DNA of 64,000 nt from Acidimicrobiales bacterium (GTDB lineage Bacteria; Actinomycetota; Acidimicrobiia; Acidimicrobiales; JAHWKP01): contig DATLBX010000017.1 of NCBI GenBank assembly GCA_035526705.1, forward strand, positions 34,507 through 98,506. Reading direction: 5' to 3'. Each line of letters begins with the position of its first letter. Within the stretch, counting starts at the first letter, position 1. A model generated the notes under the pieces. It had not been told where the DNA came from, did no database searches, and saw nothing but the letters and a program-made list of their open reading frames with translations. Of this stretch, positions 19,932 to 29,174 are shown in pieces. A program made the position numbers and the translations under genes.

Positions 19932-22239
19932 GGGACTCCTTCTCTTCGCGCTTCTCGGCCCGACGTAGCTGGCGCTTGGTCGGCGGAACTGCGACGAACG
20001 GATCCTTCATAGAAAGACGCGAGACCAGGGCCACGGCGCGCAGCGTGCCCGGCTGGGCCATCGCCATTCGCTTGCGCAGGGCTCTCGAGAGCTCCTCGGC
20101 CATCGCCGCCAGCTCGGGGGTGCACTCCTCCTGCAGGTCGCCCCACAGGGCGCGGGTGGTGAGCCAGGCGAGCTCGCGGTGTTCGGCGTCGGGCGGGAAG
20201 CGGCGCAGGAATTGCAACGGCGTGTCCGACGGGTATCGGCATCCGAAGTCGGTAGCAACGTCGCGCCATTCGGCGTAGGCCAAGGCGACGCGCGCACGCG
20301 CCCCCAGCTCGCGGGCCTCGGAGCGATTGCGGCCCCGGCGGTACGCCTTGACCACGGCCGGCGTCAGCACCCAGGTGAGTAGTGCGAGCAGTAGCAACGG
20401 GACGACGACGAAGATGATGTTGCGCACCTGCTCGCCGAACTGACTCGGCGGCGCGCCCACGACGGGCAGCGTCAGCCGGACGGCGATGTCCTCAGAGGGC
20501 AGAACGTTGGGGTCGGTGCGCTGCTGCGAAGCGTCGGCGCCGGACGTGGGCTTGGCCTGCTTCGGCGTGCCGATGACGGGCAGCCACTTGAAGCCGGGGA
20601 AGTACACCTCGACGAAGGTCGCGCCGTGGCGGGGACGGACCTGCAGCTTGCCGTCGACCTCCTCACCGCCGTCGAAGCCGTAACCGATGCGGCTCGGCAC
20701 GCCGACCCAACGGGCGAGCATGCCCTGGAGGGCGACGATCTCGAACGGGCTGGCCTCGCGGCTCTCGGCAAGGATCTCCTGGGCGCGGTCGGGAGTGATG
20801 GAGACGGGCACACCGGATCCCGTGGCCACAATCTCCTCGAGCACCCACGTGCGGAGGAAGTCGAAGGTGTCCCACTTGGACTCTTTGGGCGCCTGGTCGA
20901 TCAGGGTCTGAACGGCGGGCGGCGGCGGCGTCGGGATGTCCAGGAACTCCTGAACCTCGTCCGGCATTTCCGCGGGCGTCTTCCGCAGCTCTTCGATGGT
21001 GGGAAGGCCCGCGGCCGCGACGGTGTAGGTCGTGCCCGGCTCGGCCTGACCGGCGACCAGGCGAATGTTGTCGCTGCGGTCGTCGAAGGCCAGCAGCGGA
21101 CCCTGGGCGATGATGCCGACGGGGTTCGGCAGGCCCGGGAGAACGGCGCCGCCGAGACCGGCGACCGTAAAGGTGGCGCGGACCTCGGGGTCGAGGTCGG
21201 GGTCGACGATGCCGTTGCGCGGCACTTCGTTGAGCTCGCTGGCCGCGAAGGCAGGCAGACGCCAGTCGGTTCCGTCGTATACGTCGAGCGAACCGATCCG
21301 CCACGGCCCGGAGAGCTCGGACTCGACTTCGAAGAGGACGCGGTCCTGGACCTCCGACAGCGGCACGGTCTTGGGCTTCTGGGCTTCCTGCGCGGGGTCA
21401 TAAGCCGGGTCCGGGAAGAGGAAGCCGGTCTTCGAGAGCAGCACCATCGCAACGCTGATGCCGATGAGAATCGGAACGCCCTTGGCCGCCTTGCGGAGCT
21501 GGAAGGCCAGAGGGGGCTTGATGTCCTCCTCGTCCTCGCCGAGTTCTCCTTCAGCCTGTGTGGCCGACGAAAGCGCGGCCAGGCCGGCGACGAAGAGCAC
21601 GAGAACCGCGACACCGGAGGCCACCTGCGCCGACTCCGGGACGCTGATGCCGGCAAAACCGGCGACGGGCAGCGGGAGCAGCACGGCGAAGGCGGGCTTG
21701 CGCAGCGCCATCGAAACCCAGCCGGTGACGAAGCCGATGACACCCATCAGCCAGCCCACCAGGGCGTACCAACCGATTACGAACGGCACCGGCGGGCGAA
21801 GCACGTTGCCCGACGCGACGGCTTCGGCGACCAGCTCGCGGACTTCGAAGATGTTGCCCGGACCGCGGGTGGCGATCATGAGCAGGCCGATGCCGAACAG
21901 GCCGCCGACCACCGCGGCGTTGGCGGCCAGGGGGCGCCGGACACGCACCGCGGCGTAGGCGAGGCCCACCCCGAACAAGCCGGCCACGCCGGCGTACAGG
22001 CGAGGCGAGAAACCCTGGAAAATGCCTCCGACCATCACGGCCGCGGCGAGAACCGGGAACCCGGCGGCCAGTGCGTACCGCGCCGGGGGCGGCGGTAGCT
22101 CTACGTACTCCTCTTCGTCGCCGTCCTCGAGGGGGCTGCTTTCGCCCTCCGCTTCAGTGGCGCCGACCACCTCCTGCGGCGAGACCGTGCTGGTGTCGCG
22201 CTCGTCGGAAGCGTCTTCTGTTGTCCCCGGGGGCCGCAT
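19906..22239 (-). CDS. TgpA-like polytopic membrane protein (transglutaminase-like core flanked by DUF3488-like TM region and DUF4129-like tail), apparently lacking the catalytic Cys
   Basis: 777-aa ORF. Acidic N-terminus, then multiple TM spans. Core-like segment SPFEIVALQGMLARWVGVPSRIGYGF...HGATFVEVYF. Late TM helix, then an RRGRNRSEAR tail. Confidence 0.75.
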   Translation of the reverse strand: MRPPGTTEDASDERDTSTVSPQEVVGATEAEGESSPLEDGDEEEYVELPPPPARYALAAGFPVLAAAVMVGGIFQGFSPRLYAGVAGLFGVGLAYAAVRVRRPLAANAAVVGGLFGIGLLMIATRGPGNIFEVRELVAEAVASGNVLRPPVPFVIGWYALVGWLMGVIGFVTGWVSMALRKPAFAVLLPLPVAGFAGISVPESAQVASGVAVLVLFVAGLAALSSATQAEGELGEDEEDIKPPLAFQLRKAAKGVPILIGISVAMVLLSKTGFLFPDPAYDPAQEAQKPKTVPLSEVQDRVLFEVESELSGPWRIGSLDVYDGTDWRLPAFAASELNEVPRNGIVDPDLDPEVRATFTVAGLGGAVLPGLPNPVGIIAQGPLLAFDDRSDNIRLVAGQAEPGTTYTVAAAGLPTIEELRKTPAEMPDEVQEFLDIPTPPPPAVQTLIDQAPKESKWDTFDFLRTWVLEEIVATGSGVPVSITPDRAQEILAESREASPFEIVALQGMLARWVGVPSRIGYGFDGGEEVDGKLQVRPRHGATFVEVYFPGFKWLPVIGTPKQAKPTSGADASQQRTDPNVLPSEDIAVRLTLPVVGAPPSQFGEQVRNIIFVVVPLLLLALLTWVLTPAVVKAYRRGRNRSEARELGARARVALAYAEWRDVATDFGCRYPSDTPLQFLRRFPPDAEHRELAWLTTRALWGDLQEECTPELAAMAEELSRALRKRMAMAQPGTLRAVALVSRLSMKDPFVAVPPTKRQLRRAEKREEKESREKELLGV

Positions 22240-22526
22240 TGTGGTCGTCAGAGGGCCTCATCCTGTCTCAACCGGGCCGAACCCGTCTGTCGCCATCGGA
22301 CAAACAAACGACGGCTCGGTTCGCACAACTGCCAAACGGCTGCGCGCCGAGCCTGTGGACGGCAGGTGGTAACGCCACCGCGCCACCCGATCGTCAGGGC
22401 TTCGTCCGCGTGCAATCGCTCAGGCGGCCGCGCCCGCTCCTGTCCTGTCGCCTCCTACAGCCGCGAGGCTCCGCTCTGTCCTGGGGCGACAAGCGCTTCG
22501 GGCGGGCCGGTGATACGAATGGGCTG

Positions 22527-23450
22527 GTGAAAGGTCTGTCGCGCTTCTTGTCGACCTTGGCGGTGCTGGTCCTGGCCTTCGGGGGAATTGCTGTCTGGCC
22601 CGGCGGCGGCGCCGCGTCAGCCGATCCACAGGAGCCGGTGAAGCTCACCGCGCCCCAGACGGTGGTTCGGGAGTACGACCCGCTGGTCGCCACCGACCCG
22701 GCCAACCAGAGCGGGTACACCCAGGATCCGACCACCTGCTCGACCGCTCCCCACTGCGACACGATCCCGCTGGAGCTCGTGGTCTCCGACGAGCTCAAGA
22801 ACTCCGACACCGAGGACTACTTCCTCCGCCTCACCATCGAGTGGGACAACGCCGGCGGCGACAATGTCAACGCCTATCTCTACGACGACCCGTACGCCGG
22901 CGAGTTCTACATCGCCAGCGGAGCGACGGCGGAGATGCCCGAGAAGATCAACCTCTACCGCCCCGAGAAGAAGAAGTACATCCTCGTGGTGCACAACACC
23001 ACCGGAGTCAACGCGGGTTACAAACTGACCGCGGCGATCACCGTCGAGCCCTTCGGCGGTGCCCCGGACTTCGGCGGGGTGAACGAGAACCCCAGCCGGC
23101 CCACGACCACTCGCCCGTCCAACGACAACGACGACGAACCGTTCTTCGACGACTCCGACGACACTCCGGCCCCGCCGCCCGCGATCGTCGACAACGGCTT
23201 CGGCCCACCCCCGCCGCTCGCTGATGTTGAGCGCGACGAGTCCCTTTCTGCTCTGGCTCGCGACCGGGGTGACTTCGAAAGCTCGCTGACCGCGCCCGAC
23301 TTCACTCTGCAGGAGGAGGAGGCGCCTCCGCCCGACCCGGTGTCGGGTGCGACCGTCGCCCTTCTCGGTGGCCTGCTCCCCGCCTCGCTGGTTGGCGGCG
23401 GCGTGTTCTGGCTCCGACGCAAGGGCGGAACGGCTACCGCCGGCTTCTAA
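22527..23450 (+). CDS. Secreted beta-sandwich-like protein with acidic/Pro-rich stalk and C-terminal TM anchor
   Basis: ORF 22071..23450. Start placed at GTG 22527 (VKGLSRFLSTLAVLVLAFGGIAVWPGGGAASA signal peptide); the start is uncertain. C-terminus ATVALLGGLLPASLVGGGVFWLRRKGG. Confidence 0.6.
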   Translation: MKGLSRFLSTLAVLVLAFGGIAVWPGGGAASADPQEPVKLTAPQTVVREYDPLVATDPANQSGYTQDPTTCSTAPHCDTIPLELVVSDELKNSDTEDYFLRLTIEWDNAGGDNVNAYLYDDPYAGEFYIASGATAEMPEKINLYRPEKKKYILVVHNTTGVNAGYKLTAAITVEPFGGAPDFGGVNENPSRPTTTRPSNDNDDEPFFDDSDDTPAPPPAIVDNGFGPPPPLADVERDESLSALARDRGDFESSLTAPDFTLQEEEAPPPDPVSGATVALLGGLLPASLVGGGVFWLRRKGGTATAGF

Positions 23451-23504
23451 GCCTTCAGCGCGCCCGCCAACAGGGCGGCGTGCACCCACACGAAGGGGCT
23501 CCTC

Positions 23505-24758
23505 ATGGATCTCTCAGATAAGGCCGTCGAACTTCTGACCACTGGCAAGTTCAAGGAACTGCACAAGCTTCTCGGTCCGCAGATGGCCGGGCTGGTCACC
23601 CCCGGTCAGCTGGAAGATGGCTGGACCCAACTGCAAGCCATGAGCGGCCAGTTCCAGAAGGTCGAGTCGCGCGGGGAAGAGAAGGCGCAGGGGATGAAGT
23701 TCACCGTCCACATCCTGCGTTTCGAAAAGGGCAGCCTCAAAGTCCTCAGCCGGGAGGCCGACGGCAAGCTCGCCGCGCTGGCGATGCAGCCCGGTGAGCC
23801 CCCGACGCCTGTAGGTCCGCCCGAATACGCCGACTCTTCGGCCTTCACCGAGTCGGAGGTCCGCGTTGACTGCGAAGGCTTCCCGCTGCCCGCGCTGCTC
23901 ACCGTGCCGAAAAAGGCGTCGGGCGCGCCGGCAGTTGTGATGGTCGCGGGCTCGGGTCCGAATGACCGCGACGAGACCATCGGCAAACTGAAGCCTTTCC
24001 GCGACATTGCCCAGGGCCTGGCCACCAAGGGCATCGCTTCGATCCGCTACGACAAGCGGACGAAGGCCGCGCCGGGCATGTTCGACGCGAAGAGGGGCAC
24101 CCTGCACGACGAGGTGGTCAAGGACGCGGTCAGCGCCCTCAAGGTGCTCAAGTCAAAGACCGGAGGCAAGCTCGGACGCAAGGGTGCGGTCGACGCAAAG
24201 CGCATCTTCGTGCTGGGCCACAGCCTCGGGGCTCTGGCGGCGCCCCGCATCGTCCAAGCCGCGCCGGAGTTCGCCGGGATGGTGCTGCTCGCCGGTACAA
24301 CACGTCCTTTGGAGGACGCCGTCATCGCGCAGATGACCCACCTCGCCGGGCCGAAACCGACGAAGGACGTCAAGGCGCAGTTGAAGCGCATCGCCGACCA
24401 GGTGGCCCTCGTCAAGTCTCCCGACCTGACGCCTGACACCCCGATCGAGGATCTACCTCTCGGTATCAACGCGAGCTACTGGCTCGACCTGCGGGACTTC
24501 GACTGCGTCGCGGAGACGGCGAAGCTCGCCAAGCCCGTGCTGGTCTGCGCCGGCGAGGTCGACTACCAGGTGCCGGTCGAGCAACTCGACGATTGGCGCA
24601 AGGGATTGAAAGGCCATCCCGACGCCGACATCAAGCTCTACGACGGGCTGTCCCACGCCTTCATGCCAGGCACGGGCCAGGCCTCCGACTACGCGATCGA
24701 GGCCAACGTCGACGCTCGGGTGGTCAACGACATCGCCGCATGGCTCCTCGCCCACTGA
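23505..24758 (+). CDS. Alpha/beta hydrolase with N-terminal DUF3887-like domain
   Basis: 417-aa ORF. Nucleophile elbow GHSLGA. Late acidic residue and His (GLSHAF). Confidence 0.8.
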   Translation: MDLSDKAVELLTTGKFKELHKLLGPQMAGLVTPGQLEDGWTQLQAMSGQFQKVESRGEEKAQGMKFTVHILRFEKGSLKVLSREADGKLAALAMQPGEPPTPVGPPEYADSSAFTESEVRVDCEGFPLPALLTVPKKASGAPAVVMVAGSGPNDRDETIGKLKPFRDIAQGLATKGIASIRYDKRTKAAPGMFDAKRGTLHDEVVKDAVSALKVLKSKTGGKLGRKGAVDAKRIFVLGHSLGALAAPRIVQAAPEFAGMVLLAGTTRPLEDAVIAQMTHLAGPKPTKDVKAQLKRIADQVALVKSPDLTPDTPIEDLPLGINASYWLDLRDFDCVAETAKLAKPVLVCAGEVDYQVPVEQLDDWRKGLKGHPDADIKLYDGLSHAFMPGTGQASDYAIEANVDARVVNDIAAWLLAH

Positions 24759-24774
24759 TGCAACAATCACGGCC

Positions 24775-25629
24775 ATGAACGAAGTCGAGCTCCCCGCCGT
24801 CGAGCTGTCGGCAGACCACCCTGGCTTCTCGGATCAGGCCTATCGCCAGCGGCGCGCCGCTATCGCCGCGGTTGGCGAGGCGTACCGCTCCGGCGAGACG
24901 ATCCCGGACGTCACCTACACAGAGGACGAGCAGGGTGTGTGGCGGGTCGTGTCAGCGGAATTGCGGGAGAAGCATCGCAAGTACGCCTGCGCGGAGTACC
25001 TCGACTCATCGGAACGACTGGATCTGCCGAAGGACCACGTGCCCCAGCTCGAAGACGTGTCGAGCCGGCTGCAGAAGCTCGCCGACTTCCGCATCGAGCC
25101 CGTGCCGGGCCTCGTGCCGACGCGGCGCTTTTACGGTTCGCTGGCCGACCGGTGCTTCCTCTCGACCCAGTACATCCGGCATCACTCTGCGCCGTACTAC
25201 ACGCCGGAGCCCGACATCATCCACGAGGTGATCGGGCACGCCAACACGCTGGCCTCGCCCCGAATGGCCGACCTCTACCACGAGGCCGGCAAGGCCTCCG
25301 TTCGAGCCGAATCCGACCTGGCGATGGACTTCTTCAGCCGGGTGTTCTGGTTCACCCTCGAGTTCGGCGTGCTGTGGGAAGACGGCGAGCTGCGCACCTA
25401 CGGCTCGGGGATCCTCTCGTCCTACGGCGAGATCGAGGAGTTTCGCAAGGCCGAAGTCCGCGACTGGGACCTCGCGGCGATGGGGGTTCAGCTGTACGAC
25501 ATCACCCAATTCCAGCCGCTGCTCTTCGCCGCGCCGAGCTTCGACCAGATGGTCGATGACCTCGGTAGGTTCTTCGCCGATTACGACGACGACACCCCAG
25601 GGCGATTCGGAGCGACGGCGCTTCCTTAA
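24775..25629 (+). CDS. phhA: Phenylalanine 4-hydroxylase (bacterial aromatic amino acid hydroxylase)
   Basis: 284 aa. Iron ligand motif PDIIHEVIGHANTLA plus FTLEFG. YGSGILSSYGE is typical of the family. Confidence 0.9.
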   Translation: MNEVELPAVELSADHPGFSDQAYRQRRAAIAAVGEAYRSGETIPDVTYTEDEQGVWRVVSAELREKHRKYACAEYLDSSERLDLPKDHVPQLEDVSSRLQKLADFRIEPVPGLVPTRRFYGSLADRCFLSTQYIRHHSAPYYTPEPDIIHEVIGHANTLASPRMADLYHEAGKASVRAESDLAMDFFSRVFWFTLEFGVLWEDGELRTYGSGILSSYGEIEEFRKAEVRDWDLAAMGVQLYDITQFQPLLFAAPSFDQMVDDLGRFFADYDDDTPGRFGATALP

Positions 25630-27203
25630 CCGTCCAATTCGCTGAGGAGATCGGCGGCGATCTTCTCTCCGACCAACACCGCAGACAGATGGGTGTTGGC
25701 CCGCGGCACCCACGGCAAGATGCTCGCGTCGGCGACGCGCAGGTTCTCGAAGCCGTGAACGCGTCCGCTCGGATCGACCACCGTGGTCTGGTCATCCGGA
25801 TCGCCCATCCGGCAGGAACTGGTCGCGTGCGACACGTCGAAGACCGCGCGTAACAGGAGGGCTTCGAAGTCGGGATCCGACACCGCTTCGCCGACGGGGA
25901 CGAGAGTGGTCTCCAGCGAGTTCGCCAGCAGCCCGAGATTGTTCCCCACCTCCTCGAAGCTGGCGGTTCGCGTCAGCGAAGCCAACTCCTCCGCTACCCG
26001 CCGGATGCGCCGGACGTCCTCCGCACTGGCCAACATGTCGAAGTCGACGCGTGGATCCACTCGGGGATCCACAGTGTGCAGACGGATCCGGCCCGTCGAA
26101 TCCACCCGGTTGACCCATCCGATGACGGCGCCCACCTCGGGGTCCTCCGTGGCGGTTGCGGAGATCATGCCGCCGTCAGGCTCGCTGCCGCCGCCGGTGT
26201 CGAAACGGAGGCAGAACGCGGCGTGCCGCCGCCCCGCAGGCGGCGCCGAGGAATTCAACTGGATCAGCACGGCGAGGGCGGGGTGGTCCTGCAACCCGAG
26301 CCCCACCGGCAGGTCGGCGCGCACGTCGATCCCAAGCTCCCGCAATTCGGCAGGGGGCCCGATTCCCGACCGCAGCAGGACGGCGGGTGAGTGAATCGCT
26401 CCCGCGCTCAGCACTATCTCCGAAGCGCGGACCTCGAGCTCCAATCCGTCTGTGAACGCGCTCACTCCGACCGCTCGCCCAGCCTCCCAAGTCACCCGAT
26501 CGACGAGCGCGTTGCCCCAGATCTGCAGGTTGGGCCTGTTCCGCGCCGGCTCGAGGTATGCGTCATTCGTCGACACCCTGCGACCATGCCGGGCGTTGTA
26601 CGCATAGGGCGACAGCCCTGTGGCGCCCGGCGCGTTGTGGTCGGGGGCGTACACGTGCCCCGCGGCAATGCACGCGCCGTGAAACGCCTCGTCGAGCGCG
26701 CTGTTGTCCGCCGTCCTGGGGCGACAGATGGGTATGGGCCCGTCGGCGCCGTGAAATTCGAGGGCGCCGAAGTCCAGGTCGGTTTCCAGTGCCTTGAGGT
26801 GGTGGAGCACATCGGTGAACGACCACCCGGGGCAACCGGCGTCGGCCCATTCATTCAGGTCGGCCACGGTGGGACGCACGGCGAAGAGCCCGTTGATGGC
26901 CGAGCTCCCGCCCACGCCGCGCCCCCGTCTATACAGAGCGGGGGGCTGGACGTGTGAGCGCGACGCGAGAAGCCCGGGATACATGTGGGTCTCGGCGTAC
27001 TCGGGTGCCATGAGTTCGAGGGGCCCGATCGACGCCAACCCGTCTGGGGTCTCTCGCGAGGAGTAATCCCGCCCGGCTTCGAGAAGTACCACCGTGCGGT
27101 CACCTCCCGCCGAGAGACGACTGGCGATGACGGCACCCGAAGAGCCGGCGCCCACGACCACGACATCGCATTCGACGACCCGCCCGCCAGCCGCGAGGCT
27201 CAC
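25626..27203 (-). CDS. GMC family FAD oxidoreductase (choline dehydrogenase-like)
   Basis: DVVVVGAGSSGAVIASRL Rossmann motif and a GMC-type C-terminal region. Start set at GTG 27203, which forms a GTGA overlap with the upstream gene stop. Alternative start ATG 27233. Confidence 0.85.
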   Translation of the reverse strand: MSLAAGGRVVECDVVVVGAGSSGAVIASRLSAGGDRTVVLLEAGRDYSSRETPDGLASIGPLELMAPEYAETHMYPGLLASRSHVQPPALYRRGRGVGGSSAINGLFAVRPTVADLNEWADAGCPGWSFTDVLHHLKALETDLDFGALEFHGADGPIPICRPRTADNSALDEAFHGACIAAGHVYAPDHNAPGATGLSPYAYNARHGRRVSTNDAYLEPARNRPNLQIWGNALVDRVTWEAGRAVGVSAFTDGLELEVRASEIVLSAGAIHSPAVLLRSGIGPPAELRELGIDVRADLPVGLGLQDHPALAVLIQLNSSAPPAGRRHAAFCLRFDTGGGSEPDGGMISATATEDPEVGAVIGWVNRVDSTGRIRLHTVDPRVDPRVDFDMLASAEDVRRIRRVAEELASLTRTASFEEVGNNLGLLANSLETTLVPVGEAVSDPDFEALLLRAVFDVSHATSSCRMGDPDDQTTVVDPSGRVHGFENLRVADASILPWVPRANTHLSAVLVGEKIAADLLSELDG

Positions 27204-27646
27204 GGTGAAGGTTCTCCCGCGGCCGCTGCCCATAATTCGGCGGCCGGAGGGCGACCGATGAAGTTGGCCGTCACGACTCCGTCCGTATCCGCGACGAGGG
27301 TGGCGGGCACGACGTCGATGGCATAACGGTCGTGCAGGTCGCGCCGTGTCTGCCAAGGCACCTCGTCGTAGGCCACGTTCGGACTCTCCAGGGGTCGAGC
27401 CTTGGCCACCGTCTCCGCACACGTATCGCAAGTAGAGGACGTGAACACGACGACGAGCTTCGGCTTCTCCGGGGAGGCGAAGTCCCGACGGTCGAGTTGG
27501 ACTGGGAGGGTGAAGTTGCGCGGCTGCGTCGGAGCGTCACCGTGCAGCGAGGCCCGCCGCCGCTCGATCACCCACGCGACCGCGACCGCGACGAACACCA
27601 ACGCCGCCGCTATCAGCACCCGCTCCACGACCCCACTTTCTCGCAA
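27200..27646 (-). CDS. Membrane-anchored thioredoxin-like protein (CxxC)
   Basis: 148 aa. One N-terminal TM helix (VLIAAALVFVAVAVAWVI). The CDTC motif follows a beta-strand-like VVVFTSST. Confidence 0.6.
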   Translation of the reverse strand: MRESGVVERVLIAAALVFVAVAVAWVIERRRASLHGDAPTQPRNFTLPVQLDRRDFASPEKPKLVVVFTSSTCDTCAETVAKARPLESPNVAYDEVPWQTRRDLHDRYAIDVVPATLVADTDGVVTANFIGRPPAAELWAAAAGEPSP

Positions 27647-27698
27647 CTTCGGTCCGCCGAACGCGCTGCGCGCCTTTCCGGAACCGAAGTTGTGGGGG

Positions 27699-29174
27699 TC
27701 AGGGCAAGAACGGGATGGCGAGTGAGGTGCTGATGCCCGTGCGGCCGACTCGGTACATGGCGCGCTCGACCACGACCGGTCGATCCGCCTCCACGATCAG
27801 CGCGGCCTCCAACACTTCCTCCTGCAACCCAGGTGAGGCGGCGGCGAGGACGTCGTTGAGCTTGAAGCCGCGCCGCCCAAGGGGAGGCACCGTGAGACCA
27901 CCCAGCTTGTCCAGTACTTCCGCCCGCCCGTCGGCGATAGCGGTGACTTTGACCTTGGTCGGGTGATCCGACGCGTTGTGCACGACGATCCATTCCTCCA
28001 CGGCACTGGTGGCGACTCCTGCGGCGAGCCCCCACTTCACGGCGGGCTCCGTGCCGCCAAGGGTGGTGCCGATCCCGGACCGCTTGCCGGTGGCCTCGAT
28101 GCCGCGCTCGATCACGACCCCCACCCCGTTGAGTGACCGGAACAACGCGGAGTGGCCCATGCCTTCAGGCACCTGAACACCAGCCTCGGCCTCACCGTTT
28201 ACGGTCAGCGTCACACGGCCCTGCGCCGGCACCGGAACGGCCAAGGGCTCGAATACCCCGTCGTCGAGCACCATCTCCAAGTCCACGGAGGCTTCCTCCT
28301 CGCTGGGGTTGTAGAGATGGAATCGCTCGACCACGCCGCCGCCCACCACCCCCTCGGGAAAGCGCCAGGTCTCCGCGGCCGCGGGGGCGCCTATGCCGGC
28401 AACAATTCCCCGCTGCCCGGGCTCGGCGCGGCGGCCGATCTTGCCGACGACGAGTCGGCCACTGCGCGCCACGATCGAAGTCGAGACGGCGGCCTCGCGC
28501 CGCACGTGGTCGCCAACGTTCACCGCGACGAGCGATCGGGCCGGCACCACAACTCCCTGCAGATCGGCCGGCTCAGCCCTACCTTCCGTGGCCGCGAACC
28601 CGAGATCGACGATCGCCGGGACGGAGAAAGGGTTGTAGAGGTGCAGTAGAAGCGTCGAGGCGCGCGTGGTTGCGCCATCGGCGAAGTACCAGGAGTCCGA
28701 GCCGGAAATCGCGCAGGCGCTGAGATCGAACCCCAGCGAGCCCGCCACTCCCTGCTCTACGACCACGTCTCCCCCATCGACCTCCACTGTCACTGCGACG
28801 TGCGGCGACTGCACGAACTCCTTTGGGTTCAAGACGAATCGGCTGTAAGCGCCGACTGCGAATCGTTCCTGCACCGCCGGCGGCGGCGCCGGCGCTCCGG
28901 GCGAGAACGCGACCACCGTCGCAATGCCTTCCACGGGCTGGTCGCCCATGTTGGCGACGACGACGGTGAGTTCTGCATCACCGTCGGCTGATGTGGAGCC
29001 TCCGGGGCAGTACCAGGTGGTCGATCCCGCGGCCGAGCCGGGCGCGGCAACAACGACCGCCTCCTGACCAGTGGGAGCTGGCGGGCGCGATTCCCCGAGA
29101 ACGAAGCGGTCCACCAGCACCACTCCCAGCAGAACCGCGACGATGACCGCGATGACGGGCGTTCGTCGCGACAT
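27699..29174 (-). CDS. Membrane-anchored DUF5719-like protein (partner of the large GT2)
   Basis: ORF trimmed to ATG 29174 (MSRRTPVIAVIVAVLLGVVLV), a TGATG 1-nt overlap with the GT2 stop. Long beta-rich extracytoplasmic region. The family call is from memory of actinobacterial annotations. Confidence 0.65.
   Translation of the reverse strand: MSRRTPVIAVIVAVLLGVVLVDRFVLGESRPPAPTGQEAVVVAAPGSAAGSTTWYCPGGSTSADGDAELTVVVANMGDQPVEGIATVVAFSPGAPAPPPAVQERFAVGAYSRFVLNPKEFVQSPHVAVTVEVDGGDVVVEQGVAGSLGFDLSACAISGSDSWYFADGATTRASTLLLHLYNPFSVPAIVDLGFAATEGRAEPADLQGVVVPARSLVAVNVGDHVRREAAVSTSIVARSGRLVVGKIGRRAEPGQRGIVAGIGAPAAAETWRFPEGVVGGGVVERFHLYNPSEEEASVDLEMVLDDGVFEPLAVPVPAQGRVTLTVNGEAEAGVQVPEGMGHSALFRSLNGVGVVIERGIEATGKRSGIGTTLGGTEPAVKWGLAAGVATSAVEEWIVVHNASDHPTKVKVTAIADGRAEVLDKLGGLTVPPLGRRGFKLNDVLAAASPGLQEEVLEAALIVEADRPVVVERAMYRVGRTGISTSLAIPFLP

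Noticed and set aside
22440-22483. Direct 8-bp repeat CTGTCCTG (22440..22447 and 22476..22483) in the long divergent intergenic region
   Set aside because: A single 8-mer recurrence in a ~290-nt GC-rich region is about what chance predicts. There is no dyad symmetry.
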